This document shows positions 34,176 to 40,157 of a DNA stretch of 40,157 nt, piece by piece (the first letter of the stretch is position 1; every line of letters starts with the position of its first letter). The notes beneath the pieces were generated by a model that was not told the DNA's origin, did not search any database, and worked only from the letters and a program-made list of their open reading frames with translations. Origin of the DNA: Nemertoderma westbladi. Taxonomy: Eukaryota; Animalia; Xenacoelomorpha. The stretch is from the NCBI GenBank assembly GCA_032718475.1, contig JAUCBJ010002719.1, forward strand, positions 1 to 40,157. Direction: 5' to 3'. A program made the position numbers and the translations under genes.

Positions 34176-37100
34176 TTACGTTGGGGAGTCCCTAGATGTT
34201 TGTTGGATTAGGGAGGTGGTCGTGGGAAGAGTATCTTGCCTTCCATAGTTTCCGGACAGTTCTCGGTCTCTTTCCAGTAAACATAAACGACCAACTGGGC
34301 GATTGAGCTGCTGTGTCTCGAAGACAATTCCAGGTTTCCTCTTCGTCCTGGAATAGTGACGATAGAAACAATGCTTCAAATACACGACGGCCTTACAAAG
34401 CCGATTCCAGGATCTATAGTGGTCCATCGCTCCCGGCAGGAGAGGTGAGAGTCCCGGCGAGACGTCTGGTGTTCCAGATCTCCAGTCTCTCTCTCTGATC
34501 TCCACAACAGATCGGTTCGCGGTAGGGGAGTTTAGATCCACAGCGTCGTCCCTGGCAATGTGTAATACAGACAGCTCTATCACGGGTTTAAATAACCTTG
34601 ATTTACTCGTCCGGGTTTTAGGTTTGACTTTCTCCGCTCCCTTGGCTTGTCTAATCTCAGCCGTGGTAAGATGGGGAGGCCATTCATCTTCTTTACTTAA
34701 GAAGTCGGGTCCACCTAACCAGTCTGGAGTATCTGTCAGTTCTTGAGGAGTTGCTCCTCTGGAAGCGATGTCGGCTAGATTAATCATCTCGGGGCATTAT
34801 CTCCATTGATCTACATTAGAGTTAATATCGTCATTATCTGAGGAGTATGGTGTTCCCTCAGTTGGGTCGTCAACTTCACTGCTCTCCGTTTCCCATTCAC
34901 TTACTTGGTATACCCGTTCTTTTGGTAACCTTTCTATGAGAGTTTTACGGGAAGGGCCAGTAAAGTACCAACCTACTCTAGTTCTTCCCGCATAGGCTTG
35001 TAGTGGTTGCGGTTGAGCAGGCCGTTTCTCCAATGTCTCAAGCGCCTCATGCGCATTTTGGCCGATGAGTATTTGCACTCCAGGGTAATCAGTGCTGAAT
35101 CTAGGTATATTAAGCTGCTGGGTGAAATCGTCCTCATCCCTGTTATAAGGTTCTACTTGGCAGGTAGCGAAGTTCTTTATCGCCACCATTTTTACTGACC
35201 TTATACTGTGTTCTCCTAGTTCATCCTGGGGGGTGGACAACGCACCTACATAATAATCGGCTATTACTGTAGATTTCCAAACCTGCATAATTCCTGACAT
35301 GTTTAACTTAGTTCGGAACTTGGGTTGTCCAGCAAAGATGTCTTCGGCTAGTTCTTTGTCGATGAATGTTCCTGTGCTACCGGAGTCAAGGAGGGCGTTC
35401 ACTATATAACTCCTTGTAGGTCCTTGGACCCTTAACTGTACTACAGGAAATTCTCGGATTCCTACATTGGAAGTTGGTGCTTTCCAAGATGGTTGTCGGT
35501 CAGAAGTAGTTAGGGTGAGCTCGCTGTCGGTGTCCTTTTCATATGTAAGTGCTCGATACACTGCGGTATTTATCATGTAACAGGATTCGTCTTCGTCGGA
35601 GAATTCGTCCGTATAGAATCCTTCCATCTCAGAACTTTGGTCAGTGTCATTCACATCACTGAATTGGACATGTAGTTCGGACTCACTTACCTGACTCGGG
35701 CTGTTTCGCTCGAATTCAGTGTGCAACAAGATATGATGTTTCGCACCGCACTTTGCACACCTTGCGTCGGAGTAACAGGTTCGCCATTGGTGTCCTTGTC
35801 TGAGGCAATTATAACACAACCGCTTATCCCACATGACTTCCCGTCTATCCGTTAATGATTTCTTTAGGAATTCATCACACACATTCAAACGGTGGGGCCC
35901 GTCACACAGCGCACATTTCGGTTTGATGTTACTTACCTTATTTTGAGTAACGTTGTGCACACTCGTTCTTTCTTCGGGCTTTCTTACCTGAATTCTCTTA
36001 GGAGACGTAGGAGGGGTTTTTCTTACCTGTTCTCTCCTGTCATTGGTTCGAGACCTGAATTTACTTACGTCTTTAGGCGTTTTGTTGACATAATAAGATC
36101 TTTCAGTGTCTTTCCCGCTGTCCTCTCCTTGAGAAGCCTGGCTTTCGCCGTCGTCGGTATAACACACTGGTCTTTCTCCTAGAAACGGGTTTCTCACTTA
36201 CCTTGTTTTCCGGTGTCTTTCTCTGGACTGCTTTAGGAGCTGTAATTTCACTTCTCCATCTAAGAATGACATGAGATCAGCCATGGTAGGGTCTCGTCGT
36301 TGTTGTTCCATCATATATAACACTTTCTTATCCCAGCGTGTACCTACTCCACCCTTCGGTAAAGTAGAGGCCACGGCTCCAATAACCATAGAACTCTGAT
36401 ATTCATGAGACTTACCTAGCCAATCTAATTGTCTACAGATCTCCTGAATTTCATCGGAAAACTCTATAATCCCGCTGCTAATGAATTTTCGGGGCGCTAC
36501 CAATTTTGCATACAAATACCTAGCTATGTTATTCCTATTACCATACCTGATGTTTAGGGTATCCCAAACTTGTCTTAATCCATCTGGATGTCCAATAAAC
36601 TTTAATGCCATTAACTTGGGAGATCCTTCCAAGCACTCGATGAGGAATCTAAGTTTCTCTCCGTTAGATAGCACAGAGTTCTGTATGTTATCTTTGTAAT
36701 ATTCATTAAAAGGTAACCATTTCATCTCATCTCCATTGAACTTGACGATCTCTCCCACCTTTACCGCTTGACGGGCTTCGGTTCTAGCCATTTGACGCGT
36801 AAAACTTTCTTGGGCCATCGTGTTATTTAATATCGAATTGATATTTCGCTCGGAGTCCAGAACAGGAACTGTCTCATGGGCTATTCTGCTGGGCACAGGT
36901 AGCTTAGTGCTGTGCAGAGGGAATTTAGAGGTAGGTTCAGGGAGTACAGGTGTCTCTATCACCGAAGGGGTGGCTTCGAGAACAGGCCTAATTCAGGCTC
37001 ATCTACTATAGTAGGGAGTCTTTCTATTTTAATAATTTGGTCTGTGGGTTCTGTACTACCTAAGTCTGTGCTAGCTAGTTGTTTTCGAACAGCTGGGGGT

Positions 37101-38710
37101 AAATCAGGCAATTTCTGACGGTGGGACATTCTTCTACGCCTGCTGAGACGAGATCGATTTCCTCCGCCTTCAGGATCTGTTGTATCGCCTTCATCCGATG
37201 ATGTAAAACCCTGTCTCTTGGTGGTGGATCGATTTATCAGCTGCCACTTAGTAGCTGTTCTCTGTTTATCTATGTAGACTTGCTTCTCTTGCAGATTTTC
37301 CAATTCTAGTTGGGCGGTCTCTTCAGATGCTCTTCGTTCTGCTTCCGCCACTGCTATCTTCCTTTCTGCTTCTGCCGCTTTTCTATCAGCTTCTGCCTCT
37401 GCCGCTGCCGCTGCCTCTTTTCTTTCCACTTCGGCTGCTGCCGCTTTTGCCTCTGCCGCTGCCGCTGCCGCTTTTCTTTCCACTTCGGCTGCTTTTCTTT
37501 CCGCTTCTGCCGCTGCCATTGCCGCTGCTGTTGTCTTTCTGTCTTCTATACGTTTTTTCTTTACTTGTTCTTCTTGGACCTTAGCGATGCGGCTGCTTTC
37601 ATCAAATTTAGCTTGGTTCACACCTATCATATCCGCATCGATTGCGTCCAACACAAGCTTGGCTCCTTCACTATTAGGGCTAAGTCCATCCAGCCTTCTC
37701 CTCAACTCTTCATCACCTACAAAACGTTGATAGTCTGACAGATAGATGTCAATAGCATCCCTCTTATGCGGTTTCTCTGCTGTCGCTCCACTTTCCACTT
37801 GGGAAAATGTAGCGTCTGTTGATTCTCCATGGGTTGAGCGCTCAGCCGGCTGAGATTTCCTCTGGGTCGTTCCTTGAACCTTGATACTCACCCGTTGGAA
37901 CCAAGTCTTGACGGCCACTTGCAACGACGTGTCTTGGGTTCTTTTCGAAGCTTCCTCAAATGCCGATAGGATTAGTCTGATTCGTAGAGTTCTTTCCCTA
38001 ACTTGATAAAGCAGCTCTCCCTGCTCTTGAGATCCTTGGGGTTGTCGAAACAGTTGTTCTTCTAATCGCTCCATAGAGCTGAAGAATCCCTGTACGTATC
38101 CTGCTGCTGACCTCTTCCACACAGCTGGATCGATGGTTTCTTTTGTTACTCCCATCCTGTGTATGTCTTCCCAGGCAGCTTCCGATAAGTCAAACGGTAG
38201 TCCGGGTCCGGGGAAGTTCCATTGCGACTCGACAATAGACTTCAATTCTCCCCTTGTGTATCCCGCATAACTATCCTTGGTCGATCGCTTACTTCTCGCC
38301 CAATCAATCTGGTGTTCCTCAACCGCAATCAATACCCTAGTGAGTACGGCTGCAGGAAGGATGAGAAGGGGATCCGAATAAACCGCATCTGCCATCTTTG
38401 CTCCGCGCTCGGGTGTCAGCTCTACAGTATCCGCACTACTGGAGCTGTCAGGCCGCTGAGAAATACGTTCTCGGCTCGAGTGTTGCTGCTGTCCCGCTGC
38501 TTCTTGGTCTCGCTTGACTTGAGCTCGAGTGCCTATGATAGACCTACGGTGTTGGACTAGCCTAGGGTCTGATATTACTACTGGAGGGATGATCTTTCTT
38601 ACAGTAGGAGGTGAGTTGAACTTCGGTCTCACACGTTCCACACTCCTATCTGGGTCACAGATGGTTGTATCTAAGAGACTGTCTGACAGGTTTTGCTTTG
38701 TGTCAGACAT
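34176..38710 (-). mobile_element. BEL/Pao LTR retrotransposon gag-protease polyprotein with internally deleted pol
   Basis: Gag core (KFNGDEMKWLPF...EKLRFLIECLEG...LNIRYG); three Zn knuckles (CALCDGPH, CYNCLRQGHQWRTC, CAKCGAKHHILLH); protease ALLDSGS; RNase H tail QWR*CPEMINLADIASRG...WLGGPDFL; C-terminal RPVGRLCLLE. One frameshift (~36990) and two in-frame TAA stops (36198, 34797). Confidence 0.9.
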
Positions 38711-38843
38711 GTTTGTTTGTACAGTTGAATGCCTACTGCTATATTACAGTTAAAGCAAGTCTAGTAATTCAGTATCACTGTTAGCCTAGTAATTAATTAC
38801 CGATACTGCTACTCAGTGTAGCGTGATATATATATAATATATT

Positions 38844-39098
38844 AGAATACCGGTATACACTTATAGTATATATATAAGTATTATTACAGACTAGATTTGT
38901 CACAGAATACCGGTATGTAATTCCAGCACAAATATCTATAATATATAATAGGCCTATCGTGAATACCGGTATACAGCTTACACTTATAGTATATATAAGT
39001 ATAATTATGGACTATAATTAATTACAGAATACCGGTATAATTTCAGCCTAAATTTATGGAAATAAATATAATAAGCCTATTGTAAATACCGGTATATC
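38844..39098. repeat. degenerate ~60-bp (dimeric ~120-bp) tandem repeat in the presumed 5' leader
   Basis: AATACCGGTAT recurs at ~38846, 38906, 38962, 39028 and 39086 with two alternating spacer types. Confidence 0.7.
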
Positions 39099-40022
39099 AA
39101 TTATTTTAGAATAATTGAATTTCTGAATTTTAGGGGTTACTTGGTTACTTTCCTTTACTTTATTACCATTATTTAAGCAGTAGTCCAACTGATATTAAGA
39201 CCTAATTGTTGTATGACAGGCCTACTATTTTATAAATCGGTTTGAGTTGATTTATAATATATATACCCCTATAATGGGTTTTGTCAATGTTTGAAATAAA
39301 TGTTATTATTTCTGGGAAGGAGTCACTACACAGAAGCTGTACGCTTTCAGTGAAGTGCTACTTGTTGGACACTAAAACAAATAATTATAATTTACCTAAG
39401 TTACTTATTACTACAACCTATGTACAATTCGGGGTGAGATTACAATCTCTAAATAAACACAAAAAATTACACGTACGAATTTTTAGGGTAATTTTAATTT
39501 TACAAGAAGTCTACAAACCAGCCTAACAAAGGGTTAGAATATCTGGTTATCACAACGGACAGGGTACTATGGTATTTGAAAATAACAAAGCAGTAGTAAA
39601 TATGCTGCGTTGTCCAGATAGGAAAAATACCACCGTCTGACGACTTATAGCCGTATCGCTATAAGTACTACTAAGCCCCTACTTTCCTAACTAGTACTTT
39701 TTCGGACATACGCTCTACACACACTACAGTCCCTTCAGACCTAACGACAGTCAGACAACAGTCCAGCCTACAAATTATCTGTACAATCTGAGCAGGCTTA
39801 CACGCCTTCTGCTCAATATCAACCTACAGATAAATAAAACTGACAGAAATAAGTAAAATCCCAATAAAAAACCAGGGCGGGCCCTCCCTGATTTAATATC
39901 AAGACCTACCGGTATATAATTATCAAAATCGAATAATACTGCTGTACCTGTACTGCTGTAAGTACCGGTTCGTGTGGTTAGGTAGTTAGGCCTACTGGGT
40001 ACCGGTTGACCGGTACTTCAGC

Positions 40023-40148
40023 TTTATTGCCTACTGCAATACAGAAGCAATAACCGTTATTGTTCTTGCCAGAACAATATTAAACTGTATTTATTGCCTA
40101 CACTGCAATCTGAAATCAATATCTGTTATTGTTCTTACCAGAACAATA
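40023..40148. repeat. ~69-bp tandem repeat, each unit with a perfect hairpin
   Basis: TATTGTTCT-T(G/A)CC-AGAACAATA at 40058-40079 and 40127-40148. Confidence 0.8.
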
Positions 40149-40157
40149 GACAACTAT

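Noticed and set aside
36198-36995. Programmed frameshift or stop read-through in BEL/Pao gag
   Set aside because: No slippery heptamer was seen, BEL/Pao normally use a single ORF, and the breaks fall inside gag; decay or sequencing error is more likely.
37310-37738. Cys/Phe/Leu-rich + strand ORFs
   Set aside because: Antisense to the Ala/Glu/Lys repeat of gag.

Overview
AT-rich eukaryotic (animal, probably invertebrate) genomic DNA made up almost entirely of transposable elements and tandem repeats. There is one host gene, an intronless mitochondrial ribosomal protein L12 on the - strand. In order: a tRNA-derived SINE running into a 63-bp minisatellite; MRPL12; a 30-bp minisatellite; a decayed RTE-like LINE; a Ty3/Gypsy RT fragment; a second SINE. 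Next is a four-level nest (9.4-23.5 kb): RTE copy A < antisense RTE copy B with a 14-bp TSD < head-to-tail array of a Penelope-like element with minimal hammerhead ribozymes and an LVDD RT motif < Helentron-type HINE. After a TIR element comes a large - strand BEL/Pao LTR element (about 26.4 kb to beyond the window end). It keeps gag and protease, lacks RT and integrase through frame-preserving deletions, carries unrecognised extra ORF(s) just before its putative 3' LTR, and is interrupted by a Kolobok-type DNA transposon containing a ~370-bp hairpin. All calls come from reading by eye; element boundaries are approximate.
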